DNA of 64,000 nucleotides from NCBI GenBank assembly GCA_965655095.1, contig OZ296652.1, forward strand, positions 77,562,001 through 77,626,000. Reading direction: 5' to 3'. The DNA is from Haplodiscus bocki. Taxonomy: Eukaryota. Position numbers and translations under genes: made by a program. Shown piece by piece: positions 39,401-54,000 of the stretch (positions are counted from its first letter, which is position 1; the number at the start of each line of letters is the position of its first letter). A model generated the notes under the pieces. That model did not search any database. It saw only the letters and a list, made by a program, of their open reading frames with translations, and was not told the DNA's origin.

Positions 39401-42400
39401 CGATGGGATTTGAAGCAAAAGTCGCAGTCTTTTTCAGTCCGAAGTATATCTGATTCTCCCACAAAACTTTGGCTGAAAATTTCTAACGAAGAATTTTCGC
39501 AGAAACTTCTGCATTATTTGAATTTCAGCGTGTTCACCGTGCCTCATAGTGACGCATATCACCGGAATCAAAAACAGATTAAACACAGTGTACATGAGTG
39601 AGTTTTGATGCAAGTTACGATTGCGAGCGAACTTTTTGCACGGATTTAGTGTTGAAAAGTGTCATGAACTGGTTTTTTTCAAGACTTGTTGACTCTTCCA
39701 AGGACTCTCCATCCTGTTGTACAAACTATATAAGTAAACTGGGCTTCCTATTCATCCTACATCTTTGCTGGTAAAAAAACGCAACCACGGCTATTGGCCG
39801 TTTATGTTAGCTTTTTGAAGGCAGGGATAAAATCAAAAGCAGTTATTTCCATGATTAGATTTGCAAGTGGTTAATTACATAGGTACAAAATCGACGATTT
39901 TTTTCCGAAAACCCCTTCGGTAAACCGAATCCCACAAAAATAACCATTTCAGCAAAGTTGCGCTTTTTTTGTCGTTTTATCGCCAAACTGTTCTCCGGCA
40001 ATGCAATCAGTGAAAAGTTTCGATCGACAGTTTTTGCAACAATTTGGCGTATGGTTGACTTATTGTTAGGAATAGCCGCTCTAAACATCCGACTTTTTCG
40101 GCTCCTCCTTGAAAAACTTTAACTCCTTGAATCTACTCATTGGTAAACTTGGCAATACAGAACTTTTCTAGAAATTGATTGAACGGTTTTCCAATTGCCG
40201 GTTTCGACGCCACATGGGATTGAGCTCCGTTAAAATGATGGACCCCAAAAACCGTATTCCATACATGCAGTGCATATTGATCTGTTATTATATCCGTTAC
40301 GGCCACGTTTGTGAAGTTGGTAATGTGTCAAAGAATGTGTATGAGGAATACACAATTAAATTTTTTTTTCTTCTTCAAAGTTCATAGTTAAGACTCTTTT
40401 GCGGGGTGTTTTCTTGTTTTCGCAGCGACTAATGGAGCCTCCTTAGTCAATACAAGTCGACGGCGTCCTTTTCTTATCCAGCATTTTTTCGATGTTTAAC
40501 TCTGAGGTTCGGACAGAATGGCTTCTGCCAAAATTTTATACTCACATTAAGCATTTTAAAACTCGCCAAGTGCTTTTTTCAGACATTTTTACTTCCAATT
40601 AGACAACCTAATACGTTCGTTGTTTGCACAACATCCAGAAACACTTGTGAATTGCTCCGATTGTTGTGACCATCCATCGCCAGCCAAGCTGAACTTTTCT
40701 GGAATTGCTCCAATTATCTCTCCCATTTCATTAGTCAGCACCGGTATGTGTTAATGAAAAGTCCTCGGACAAATGGGTTCAAGGTTTGTGTCCTTTCTCT
40801 TATGAATGACTTTTCAAGAATAGAATCTATTTATTTTCCATTACTATCCCTTCAAGCCAGGTTAATGAGTTCTATGTGTAATTTATAGTTATCTTTGGGA
40901 AGAGAATCAGGTGCTACTACTACCAGTATTACCATTACTACTACTAAAATACCTAAATCTCTGTGGCATTACAAGGACGATATAAACGAAATTTCCTCAT
41001 GGCGATTAAGTCTAAATTTATTACAATGTTTACAGTCGCAATCAAGAGTCCATGAGTTTGACAGACGTTCATTGAAACAAGAAGTGGTTCGTTGTTGAAA
41101 ATATTTAGCTAAGGCAGATTTCACAGATGAAGAATGGCCTCAGGTATATCCAGTCTCATTTCTGATGGCTTGTTGGCAGAAGGCGGCAGGATATGTTTTG
41201 GTCTAGAGTTTCCAAAATAATATACAAATGGACGAACTGAATCATTTGACTGGTTGCTGTTACTGTTGGATAAAAAAATGGCAATAGAAGTTGTGGGAAG
41301 AAATATACGTGTAAGCAAGACAAAAGTGAGGATAATTCCTGCAATTGGGGACTCATCAAAATGGTCCGTTGGTAAAAGCGTGGTAAAAGTTGATTCGAAG
41401 AAAGTTCAGTGTTTATTTGTCATCAGCTTCAGAAGTGACCCATATTTCACATTGGAAGACAATATCTGGCTGATGACATTGAACATCATTTAGCAAATTG
41501 AAGCGTTGGTGAATTGATAAAAGGATTTGCTTATAATTCTCCCAAAAACATTTGGGAACTAAGATTTTTCCGACGACAAATATTACTTTAGCATTTCTTT
41601 GGCTTCAAAAACACATTCATGGCATGCCACTCCTAATTAAGCGATGGGATTTGAAGCAAAAATTGCAGTCTTTTCCAGTCCGAAGTTTATCTGATTCTTC
41701 CACAAAAGTTTGGCTGAAATTTTCTCATGAAGAATTTTCGAAGAAACTTGTGCATTAATTGAATTTCAGCGTGTTCACCGTGCCTCATAGTGACGCATAT
41801 CACCGGAACCGAAAACAGATTAAACAAAGTTTACATGAGTGGGTTTTGATGCAAGTTACGATTGCGAGCGAACTTTTTGCATGAATTTAGTGTTGAAAAG
41901 TGTGAAGAACTGGTTTTTTTCAAGACTTGTTGACTCTTCCAAGGACTTTTCATCCTGTTGTACAAACTATATAGGTAAACTGGGCTTCTTATTCATCCTA
42001 CATCTTTGCTGGTAAAAAAACGCAACCACGGCTATTGGCTAATATTGTTAGCTTTTTGAAGGCAGGGATAAAATCAAAAGCAGTTGTTTCCATGATTAGA
42101 ATTGCAAGTGGTTAATTACATAGGTACAAAATCGACGATTTTTTTTCCAAAAACCCCTTCGATAATCCGAATCCCACAAAAATAACCATTTCAGCAAAGT
42201 TGCGCATTTTTTGTCGTTTTATCGCCGAACTGTTCTCCGGCAATGCAATCAGTGAAAAGTTTCGATCGGCAGTTTTTGCAACGTTTTGGCGTATGGTTGA
42301 CTTATTGTTACGAATAGCCGCTCTAAGCATCTGACTCCTTCGGCTCTTCGTTGAAAAACTTTAATTTCTTGACTGAACTCATTGGTAAACTTGGCACTAC

Positions 42401-43421
42401 AGAACTTTTCCAGAATTTGATTGAAGGGTTTTGCAATTGCCGGTTTCGACGCCACATGGGATTGAGCTCCGTTAAAATGATGGACCCCAAAAGCCGTATT
42501 CCATACATGCAGTGCATATTGATTTGTTCTTATATCCGTTACGGCCACGTTTGTGAAGTTGGTAATGTGTCAAAGAATGTGTATGAGGAATACACAATTA
42601 AATTGTATTTTCTTCTTCAAAGTTCATAGTTAAGATTCTTTTGCGTGGGATTTTTTTGTTTTCGCAGCGACTAATGGGGCGTCCTGAGTCAATACAAGTC
42701 GACGGCGTCGTTTTCACATCCAGCATTTTTTCGATGTACAATTCTGAGGTTCGGAGAGAATAGCTTCAGCAAAAATATTATACTCACATTAAGAACCTTA
42801 AAACTGGCCAAATGCTTTTATCAGACATTTTTAGTTCCAATTAGACAACTTAGTACGTTCCTTGTTTTCACAGCATCCAGAAACACTTGTGAAATGCTCC
42901 GATTTTTGTGACCATCCACGGCCAGCCAAGTTGAACTTTTCTGGAATTGCTCCAGTTATGTCTCCCACTTCAATAGTCAGCACCGGTATGTGTTAATGAA
43001 ATGTCCTCGGACAACTTGGTTCAAGGTTTGTGTCCTTTCTCTTACAAACGAATTTTCAAGAATAGAACCTAATTATTTTCCATTACTACCCCTTAAAGCC
43101 AGATTTATGAGTTCTATGTGTAATTTATAGTTGTCTTTGGGAAGAGAATTAGGTGCTATTACTACCAATTTTACTATTACTACCACTAAAAGACCTATTT
43201 CTCTGTGGCATTACAAGAGCGATATACATGAAATTTACACTTGGTGATTAAGTCTAAATTTATTACAATGTTTACAGTCACAATCAAGAGTCCATGGATT
43301 TGATAGACGTTCATTGTAGCAAAAAGTGGTTCTTTGTTGAAAATACTCAGCCTAGGCAGACTTCACAGATGAAGAATGGCCTCAGGTATATCCAGTCTCA
43401 TTTCTGATAGCTTGTTGGCAA

Positions 43422-44549
43422 TTTGGCAGGCGGCACTGTAAAAAGAGAACTTTTTTAGACTTAGTTTGAAGTTATCAATAAGTTTGAAGCGAGGGTAGCG
43501 TTCTGCGCAAAGTGGTAAAAGTCAGCATTGAACAAAAATGGATCTTGTTAAATCTTAGTTGGTAAAACCGTTGAGATGTTTGCTGAGGAAAACTATTTGT
43601 CGAAAGCTGATAATGTAGCAGATCGGTGAAGAACTTAATGCACAAAGCAAAAGGTCTGTAATTCTGATATCCAAAGGCCCGTTTCAGGGCTTTTTTTCGA
43701 ATTGTTAAAATCATCCTCAGGTTTCCAATGGGGCGACCCAAAACGGCACGCTGAAAGACATCTTAAAAAAACATCTTTCTCAAGGAGATTGAATTTTGGA
43801 CTTATGGACAAAATTAGAAGAACAATTCTGCGTTGAAAATGAAGAGCGCTTTTCATTTTGGAGGAAAAGCAGGAGATATGAGTATTCCATTTGATAATTC
43901 TGGAGATTACGACACCAAGATCTCTGACAAACGGAACAAAATCATAACTAACAGAAAGAGCGTTGTCTGCCCCGCCGTTGAAAGTAACAATTTATTTTTA
44001 GTCTGATGTTTTGTTGAACAATTTTCTGATGACCACTCCTGGAATGAAGCGACATATTGAAAAAAATTGTCGTAATTTCGAGCAACAAGTTTGGTATCGT
44101 CAGCGTACAATTAGATTGGGCAGTCAATGAAGTTTGATATGTCATCATTATACAAGACAAAGGAAAAGGGACCGAGGATATTGACATGAGGAACTCCGCT
44201 TGAAGTAGGCATAGTGTTGAAAAAATGTTAATTTCATAATTGCACGCACACAATGGTATCTGTTAGAACGATAAGATGAAAGGAATTCAACAAAATCGTC
44301 ATCCAAGCCAGATTTGAAAAGTTTTGTGGTTAACCCAGAGTGGAAAACAGATTTAAAAACATCAACAAAGTCGAAGTAGGCTGCAGTTGTAAAATTGGCA
44401 ATACCAACAGCAATTCAAACTTCTTCATATAGGCAAAAATTCAAGAACCAATGACTTCTTTGGTACAAAGCCATGTTGAGCTGAATTGAATCTCTTTTCC
44501 AATTCGTTCACGAGAAACCCACTGAGTACATGCTCCAGTGCGAGAGATA
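43422..44549 (-). pseudogene. L-unit extra segment (unit 9): CR1-group RT core
   Basis: 1128 bp. YADD at 44107-44096, with the same stop as unit 6. Confidence 0.92.
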
Positions 44550-46922
44550 AAGGCAGCAGGATATGGTTTGGTGTAGAGTTTCCATTTTTGTTCAGAAGAC
44601 CTGACTTGTGGATTGGAGATACAATCGAGTATTTTCAATCAGGGGGCTATTCACAAGACTTCAAAACATTGTAGAACAAAGTTAAAACAACAGAAGAAAA
44701 GACATCACATGCACAACAGTATACAAATGGAGGAACTGAATCAATTGACTGGTTGCTGTTACTGTTGGCTAAAAGATTGGCAATAGAATTTGTGGGAAGA
44801 AATATACGTGTAAGCATGACAAAATTTAGGATAATTCCTGCAATTGGGCGCTCATCAAAATGGTCCTTTGGTAAAAGCGTGGTAAAAGTTGATGCGAAGA
44901 GAGTTCAAAGTTTATTTGTCGTCAGCTTCAGAAGTGACCCATATTTCACATTGGAAGACAATATCTGGCTGATGACATTGAACATCATTTAGCAAATTGA
45001 AGCGTTGGTGAATTGATAAAAGGATTTGCTTATAATTCTCCCAAAAACATTTGGGAACCAACATTTTTTCCGACGACAAACACTACTTTAGCATTTCTTT
45101 GGCTTCAAAAACACATCCATGGCATGCCACTCCTAATGAAGCGATGGGATTTGAAGCAAAAATTGCAGTCTTTTTCAGTCCGAAGTTTTTCTGATTCTTC
45201 CACAAAACTATGGCTCAAAATTTTCTAACGGAGAATTTTCGGAGAAACTTTTGCATTATTTGAGTTTCAGCGTGTTCACCGTGCCTCATAGTGACGCATA
45301 TCACCGGAATCGAAAACAGATTAAACAAAGTGTACATGAGTGGGTTTTGATGCAAGTTACGATTGCGAGCGAACTTTTGCATGGATTTAGTGTTGAAAAG
45401 TGTCAAGAACTGGTTTTTTTTCAAGACTTGTTGACTCTTCCAAGGACTTTTTATCCTGTTGTACAAACTATATAAGTAAACTGGGCTTCCTATTCATCCT
45501 ACATCTTTGCTGGTAAAAAAACACAACCACGGCTATTGGCTATTATTGTTAGCTTTTTGAAGGCAGGGATAAAATCAAAAGCAGTTGTTTCCATCATTAG
45601 AATTGCAAGTGGTTAATTACATAGGTACAAAATCGACGATTTCTTTTCCAAAAACCCCTTCGGTAATCCGAATCCCACAAAAATAACCATTTCAGCAAAG
45701 TTGCGCGTTTTTTATCGTTTTATCGGCAAACTGTTCTCCGGCAATGCAATCAGTGAAAAGTTTCGATCGGCAGTTTTTGCAACGTTTTGGCGTATGGTTG
45801 ACTTATTGTTACGAATAGCCGCTCTAAGCATCTGACTCCTTCGGCTCTTCGTTGAAAAACTTTAATTCTCTGACTGAACTCATTGGTAAACTTGGCACTA
45901 CAGAACTTTTCCAGAATTTGATTGAACGGTTTTGCAATTGCCGGTTTCGACGCCACATGGGATTGAGCTCCGTTAAAATGATGGACCCCAAAAGCCGTAT
46001 TCCATACATGCAGTGCATATTGATTTGTTCTTATATCCGTTACGGCCACGTTTGTGAAGTTGGTAATGTGTCAAAGAATGTGTATGAGGAATACACAATT
46101 AAATTGTATTTTCTTCTTCAAAGTTCATAGTTAAGATTCTTTTGCGTGGGATTTTTTTGTTTTTGCAGCGACTAATGGGGCGTCCTGAGTCAATACAAAT
46201 CGACGGCGTCGTTTTCACATCCAGCATTTTTTCGATGTACAATTCTGAGTTTCGGAGAGAATAGCTTCAGCAAAAATATTATACTCACATTAAGAACTTT
46301 AAAACTGGCCAAATGCTTTTATCAGACATTTTTAGTTCCAATTAGACAACTTAGTACGTTCCTTGTTTTCACAGCATCCAGAAACACTTGTGAAATGCTC
46401 CGATTTTTGTGACCATCCACGGCCAGCCAAGTTGAACTTTTCTGGAATTGCTCCAGTTATGTCTCCCACTTCAATAGTCAGCACCGGTATGTGTTAATGA
46501 AATGTCCTCGGACAACTTGGTTCAAGGTTTGTGTCCTTTCTCTTACAAACGAATTTTCAAGAATAGAACCTAATTATTTTCCATTACTACCCCTTAAAGC
46601 CAGATTTATGAGTTCTATGTGTAATTTATAGTTGTCTTTGGGAAGAGAATTAGGTGCTATTACTACCAATTTTACTATTACTACCACTAAAAGACCTATT
46701 TCTCTGTGGCATTACAAGAGCGATATACATGAAATTTACACTTGGTGATTAAGTCTAAATTTATTACAATGTTTACAGTCACAATCAAGAGTCCATGGAT
46801 TTGATAGACGTTCATTGTAGCAAAAAGTGGTTCGTTGTTGAAAATACTCAGCCTAGGCAGACTTCACAGATGAAGAATGGCCTCAGGTATATCCAGTCTC
46901 ATTTCTGATAGCTTGTTGGCAA

Positions 46923-48050
46923 TTTGGCAGGCGACACTGTAAAAAGAGAACTTTTTTAGACTTAGTTTGAAGTTATCAATAAGTTTGAAGCGAGGGTAGC
47001 GTTCTGCGCAAAGTGGTAAAAGTCAGCATTGAACAAAAATGGATCTTGTTAAATCTTAGTTGGTAAAACCGTTGAGATGTTTGCTGAGGAAAACTATTTG
47101 TCGAAAGCTGATAATGTAGCAGATCGGTGAAGAACTTAATGCACAAAGCAAAAGGTCTGTAATTCTGATATCCAAAGGCCCGTTTCAGGGCTTTTTTTCG
47201 AATTGTTAAAATCATCCTCAGGTTTCCAATCGGGCGACCCAAAACGGCACGCTGAAAGACATCTTAAAAAAACATCTTTCTCAAGGAGATTGAATTTTGG
47301 ACTTATGGATAAAATTAGAAGAACAATTCTGCGTTGAAAATGAAGAGCGCTTTTCATTTTGGAGGAAAAGCAGGAGATATGAGTATTCCATTTGATAATT
47401 CTGGAGATTACGACACCAAGATCTCTGACAAACGGAACAAAATCATAACTAACAGAAAGAGCGTTGTCTGCCCCGCCGTTGAAAGTAACAATTTATTTTT
47501 AGTCTGATGTTTTGTTGAACAATTTTCTGATGACCACTCCTGGAATGAAGCGACATATTGAAAAAAATTGTCGTAATTTCGAGCAACAAGTTTGGTATCG
47601 TCAGCGTACAATTAGATTGGGCAGTCAATGAAGTTTGATATGTCATCATTATACAAGACAAAGGAAAAGGGACCGAGGATATTGACATGAGGAACTCCGC
47701 TTGAAGTAGGCATAGTGTTGAAAAAATGTTAATTTCATAATTGCACGCACACAATGGTATCTGTTAGAACGATAAGATGAAAGGAATTCAACAAAATCGT
47801 CATCCAAGCCAGATTTGAAAAGTTTTGTGGTTAACCCAGAGTGGAAAACAGATTTAAAAACATCAACAAAGTCGAAGTAGGCTGCAGTTGTAAAATTGGC
47901 AATACCAACAGCAATTCAAACTTCTTCATATAGGCAAAAATTCAAGAACCAATGACTTCTTTGGTACAAAGCCATGTTGAGCTGAATTGAATCTCTTTTC
48001 CAATTCGTTCACGAGAAACCCACTGAGTACATGCTCCAGTGCGAGAGATA
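46923..48050 (-). pseudogene. L-unit extra segment (unit 10): CR1-group RT core
   Basis: 1128 bp. YADD at 47608-47597, with the same stop as unit 6. Confidence 0.92.
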
Positions 48051-51000
48051 AAGGCAGCAGGATATGGTTTGGTGTAGAGTTTCCATTTTTGTTCAGAAGA
48101 CCTGACTTGTGGATTGGAGATACAATCGAGTATTTTCAATCAGGGGGCCATTCACAAGATTTCAAAACATTGTAGAACAAAGTTAAAACAACAGAAGAAA
48201 AGACATCACATGCACAACAGTATACAAATGGAGGAACTGAATCAATTGACTGGTTGCTGTTACTGTTGGCTAAAAGATTGGCAATAGAAATTGTGGGAAG
48301 AAATATACGTTTAAACATGTTAAAATTTAAGATATTTCCTGCAATTGGGCGCTAATCAAAATGGTCCTTTGGTAAAAGCGTGGTAAAAGTTGATGCGAAG
48401 AGAGTTCAAAGTTTATTCGTCGTCAGCTTCAGAAGTGACCCATATTTCACATTGGAAGACAATATCTGGCTGATGACATTGAACATCATTTAGCAAATTG
48501 AAGCGTTGGTGAATTGATAAAAGGATTTGCTTATAATTCTCCAACAAACATTTGGGAACCAACATTTTTTCCGACGACAAATATTACTTTAGCATTTCTT
48601 TGGCTTCAAAAACACATCCATGGCATGCCACTCCTAATGAAGCGATGGGATTTGAAGCAAAAATTGCAGTCTTTTTCAGTCCGAAGTTTTTCTGATTCTT
48701 CCACAAAACTATGGCTGAAATTTTCTGACGAAGAATTTTCGGAGAAACTTCTGCATTATTTGAGTTTCAGCGGGTCAACCGTGCCTCATAGTGACGCATA
48801 TCACCGGAATCGAAAACAGATTAAACAAAGTGTACATGAGTGGGTTTTGATGCAAGTTACGATTGCGAGCGAACTTTTGCATGGATTTAGTGTTGAAAAG
48901 TGTCAAGAACTGGTTTTTTTTCAAGACTTGTTGACTCTTCCAAGGACTTTTTATCCTGTTGTACAAACTATATAAGTAAACTGGGCTTCCTATTCATCCT
49001 ACATCTTTGCTGGTAAAAAAACGCAACCACGGCTATTGGCTATTATTGTTGGCTTTTTGAAGGCAGGGATAAAATCAAAAGCAGTTGTTTCCACGATTAG
49101 AATTGCAAGTGGTTAATTACATAGGTACAAAATCGACGATTTTTTTCCGAAAACCCCTTCGGTAATCCGAATCCCACAAAAATAACCATTTCAGCAAAGT
49201 TGCGCGTTTTTTGTCGTTTTATCGCCAAACTGTTCTCCGGCAATGCAATCAGTGAAAAGTTTCGATCGGCAGTTTTTGCAACGTTTTGGCGTATGGTTGA
49301 CTTATTGTTACGAATAGCCGCTCTAAGCATCTGACTCCTTCGGCTCTTCGTTGAAAAACTTTAATTCCTTGACTGAACTCATTGGTAAACTTGGCACTAC
49401 AGAACTTTTCCAGAATTTGATTGAACGGTTTTGCAATTGCCGGTTTCGACGCCACATGGGATTGAGCTCCGTTAAAATGATGGACCCCAAAAACCGTATT
49501 CCATACATGCAGTGCATATTGATTTGTTCTTATATCCGTTACGGCCACGTTTGTGAAGTTGGTAATGTGTCAAAGAATGTGTATGAGGAATACACAATTA
49601 AATTATATTTTCTTCTTTAAAGTTCATAGTTAAGATTCTTTTGCGTGGGATTTTCTTGTTTTCGCAGCGACTAATGGGGCGTCCTGAGTCAATACAAGTC
49701 GACGGCGTCGTTTTCACATCCAGCATTTTTTCGATGTACAATTCTGAGGTTCGGAGAGAATAGCTTCAGCAAAAATATTATACTCACATTAAGAACTTTA
49801 AAACTGGCCAAATGCTTTTATCAGACATTTTCAGTTCCAATTAGACAACTTAGTACGTTCCTTGTTTTCACAGCATCCAGAAACACTTGTGAAATGCTCC
49901 GATTTTTGTGACCATCCACCGCCAGCCCAGGTGAACTTTTCTGGAATTGCTCCAGTTATCTCTTCCACTTCATTAGTCAGCACCGGTGTGTTAATGAAAT
50001 GTCCTCGGACAAATGGGTTCAAGGTTTGTGTCCTTCCTCTTACAGTTGATTTTTCAAGAATAGAACCTATTTATTTTCCATTACTATCCCTTCAAGCCAG
50101 GTTTATGAGTTCTATGTGTAATTTATAGTTATCTTTAGGAAGAGAATCAGGTGCTACTACTACCAATATTCCTATAACTACTACTAAAGGACCAAATTCT
50201 CTGTGGCATTACAAGAGCGATATAAATGAAGTTTACACATGGTGATTAAGTCTAAATATATTACAATGTTCACAGTCACAATCAAGAGTCCATGAGTTTC
50301 ATAGACGTTCATTGAAGCAAAAAGTGGTTCGTTGTTGAAAATATTTAGCTAAGGCAGAATTCACTGACGAAGAATGGCCTCAGGTATATACAGTCTTTTT
50401 TCTGATGGCTTGTTGGCAAAAGGCGGCAGGATATGGTTTGGTCTATAGTTTCCAATTTTGTTCAAAAGACCTGACTTGTGGATTGGAGATACAATCGAGT
50501 CTTTTCGATCAGGGGGCCCTTCAGAAGATTTCAGAATGTTGTGGAACAAAGTTAGAACTGCAGAAGAAAAGACATCACATGCACAATAATATACAAATGG
50601 AGGAACTGAATCATTTGACTGGTTGCTGTTACTGTTGGCTAAAAGAGTGGCAATAGAATTTGTGGGAAGAAATATACGTGTAAGCATGACAAAATTTAGG
50701 ATATTTCCCGCAATTGGGGACTCATCAAAATTGTCCGTTGTTAAAAGCGTGGTAAAAGTTGATTCGAAGAAAGTTCAAAAGTTATTTGTCATCAGCTTCA
50801 GAAGTGACCCATATTTCACATTGGAAGACAATATCTGGCTGATGACATTGAACATCATTCAGCAAATTGAAGCGTTGGTGAATTGATAAAAAGATTTGCT
50901 TATAATTCTCCAAAAAACATTTGGGAACCAAGATTTTTTCCGACGACAAATATTACTTTAGCATTTCTTTGGCTTCGAAAACACATCCATGGCATGCCAC

Positions 51001-54000
51001 TCCTAATTAAGCGATGGGATTTGAAGCAAAAATTGCAGTCTTTTTCAGTCCGAAGTATATCTGATTCTCCCACAAAACTTTGGCTGAAAATTTCTAACGA
51101 AGAATTTTCGGAGAAACTTCTGCATTATTTGAATTTCAGCGTGTTCACCGTGCCTCATAGTGACGCATATCACCGGAATCGAAAACAGATTAAACACAGT
51201 GTACATGAGTGAGTTTTGATGCAAGTTACGATTGCGAGCGAACTTTTTGCATGGATTTAGTGTTGAAAAGTGTCAAGAACTGGTTTTTTTCAAGACTTGT
51301 TGACTCTTCCAAGGACTGTCTATCCTGTTGTACAAACTATATAAGTAAACTGGGCTTCCTATTCATCCTACATCTTTGCTGGTAAAAAAACGCAACCACG
51401 GCTATTGGCCGTTTTTGTTAGCTTTTTGAAGGCAGGGATAAAATCAAAAGCAGTTATTTCCATGATTAGCTTTGCAAGTCGTTAATTACTTAGGTACAAA
51501 TTCGACGATTTTTTTTCGAAAACCCCTTCGGTAAACCGAATCCCACAAAAGTAACCATTTCAGCAAAGTTGCGCTTTTTTTGTCGTTTTATCGCCAAACT
51601 GTTCTCCGGCAATGCAATCAGTGAAAAGTTTCGATCGACAGTTTTTGCAGCAATTTGGCGTATGGTTGACTTATTGTTAGGAATAGCCGCTCTAAACATC
51701 CGACTTTTTCGGCTCCTCCTTGAAAAGCTTTAACTCCTTGAATCAACTCATTGGTAAACTTGGCAATACAGAACCTTTCCAGAAATTGATTGAACGGTTT
51801 TGCAATTGCCGGTTTCGACGCCACATGGGATTGAGCTCCGTTAAAATGATGGACCCCAAAAACCGTATTCCATACATGCAGTGCATATTGATCTATTCCT
51901 ATATCCGATACGGCCACGTTTGTGAAGTTGGTAATGTGTCAAAGAATGTGTATGAGGAATACACAATTAAATTTTTCTTTCTTCTTCAAAGTTCATATTT
52001 AAGACTCTTTTGCGTGGGATTTTCTTGTTTTCGCAGCGACCAATGGAGCCTCCTGAGTCAATACAAGTTGACGGCGTCCTTTTCTTATCCAGCATTTTTT
52101 CGATGTTTAACTCCGAGGTTCGGACAGAATGGCTTCTGCCAAAATTTTATACTCACATTAAGCGTTTTAAAACTCGCCAAATGCTTTTTTCAGACATTTT
52201 TAGTTCCAATTAGACAACTTAATACGTTCGTTGTTTGCACAACATCCAGAAACACTTGTGAATTGCTCCGATTGTTGTGACCATCCATCGCCAGCCAAGC
52301 TGAACTTTTCTGGAATTGCTCCAATTATCTCTCCCACTTCATTAGTCAGCACCGGTATGTGTTATTGAAATGTCCTCGGACAAATGGGTTCAAGGTTTGT
52401 GTCCTTTCTCGTACGAATGACTTTTCAAGAATAGAATCCATTTATTTTCCATTACTATCCCTTCAAGCCAGATTAATGAGTTCTATGTGTAATTTATAGT
52501 TATCTTTGGGAAGAGAATCAGGTGCTACTACTACCAATATTACCATTACTACTACTAAAATACCTAAATCTCTGTGGCATTACACGGAAGATATAAACGA
52601 AATTTCCTCATGGTGATTAAGTCTAAATTTATTACAATGTTTACAGTCACAATCAAGAGTCCATGAGTTTGACAGACGTTCATTGAAACAAGAAGTTGTT
52701 CGTTGTTGAAAATATTTAGCTAAGGCAGTTTTCACAGATGAAGAATGGCCTCAAGTATATCCAGTCTCATTTCTGATAGCCTGTTGGCAGAAGGCGGCAG
52801 GATATGTTTTGGTCTAGAGTTTCCAAAATAATATACAAATGGACGAACTGAATCATTTGACTGGTTGCTGTTACTGTTGGATAAAAAATTGGCAATAGAA
52901 ATTGTTGGAAGAAATATACGTGTGAGCAAGACAAAAGTGAGGATAATTCCTGCAATTGGGGACTCATCAAAATGGTCCGTTGGTAAAAGCGTGGTAAAAG
53001 TTGATTCGAAGAAAGTTCAGTGTTTATTTCTCATCAGCTTCAGAAGTGACCCATAATTCACATTGGAAGACAATATCTGGCTGATGACATAGAACATCAA
53101 TTAGCAAATTGAAGCGTTGGTGAATTGATAAAAGGATTTGCTTATAATTCTCCCAAAAACATATTTGGGAACCAAGATTCTTCCGACGACAAATATTACT
53201 TTAGCATTTCTTTGGCTTCAAAAACACATTCATGGCATGCCACTCCTAATTAAGCGATGGGATTTGAAGCAAAAATTGCAGTCTTTTCCAGTCCGAAGTT
53301 TATCTGATTCTTCCACAAAAGTTTGGCTGAAATTTTCTCATGAAGAATTTTCGAAGAAACTTGTGCATTAATTGAATTTCAGCGTGTTCACCGTGCCTCA
53401 TAGTGACGCATATCACCGGAACCGAAAACAGGTTAAACAAAGTGTACATGAGTGGGTTTTGATGCAAGTTACAATTGCGAGCGAACTTTTTGCATGGATT
53501 TAGTGTTGAAAAGTGTGAAGAACTGGTTTTTTTCAAGACTTGTTGACTCTTCCAAGGACTTTTCATCCTGTTGTACAAACTATATAGGTAAACTGGGCTT
53601 CTTATTCATCCTACATCTTTGCTGTTAAAAAAACGCCACCACGGCTATTGGCTATTAATGTTAGCTTTTTGAAGGCCGGGATAAAATCAAAAGCAGTTAT
53701 TTCCATGATTGGCATTGCAAGTGGTTAATTACATAGGTACAAATTCGACGATTTTTTTCCGAAAACCCCTTCGGTAATCCAAATCCCACAAAAATAACCC
53801 TTTCAGCAAAGTTGCGCGTTTTTTGTCGTTTTATCGCCAAACTGTTCCCCGGCAATGCAATCAGTGAAAAGTTTCGATCGGCAGTTTTTGCAACGTTTTG
53901 GCGTATGGTTGACTTATTGTTACGAATAGCCGCTCTAAACATCTGACTCCTTCGGTTCTTCGTTGAAAAAATTTAATTCCTTGACTGAACTCATTGGTAA

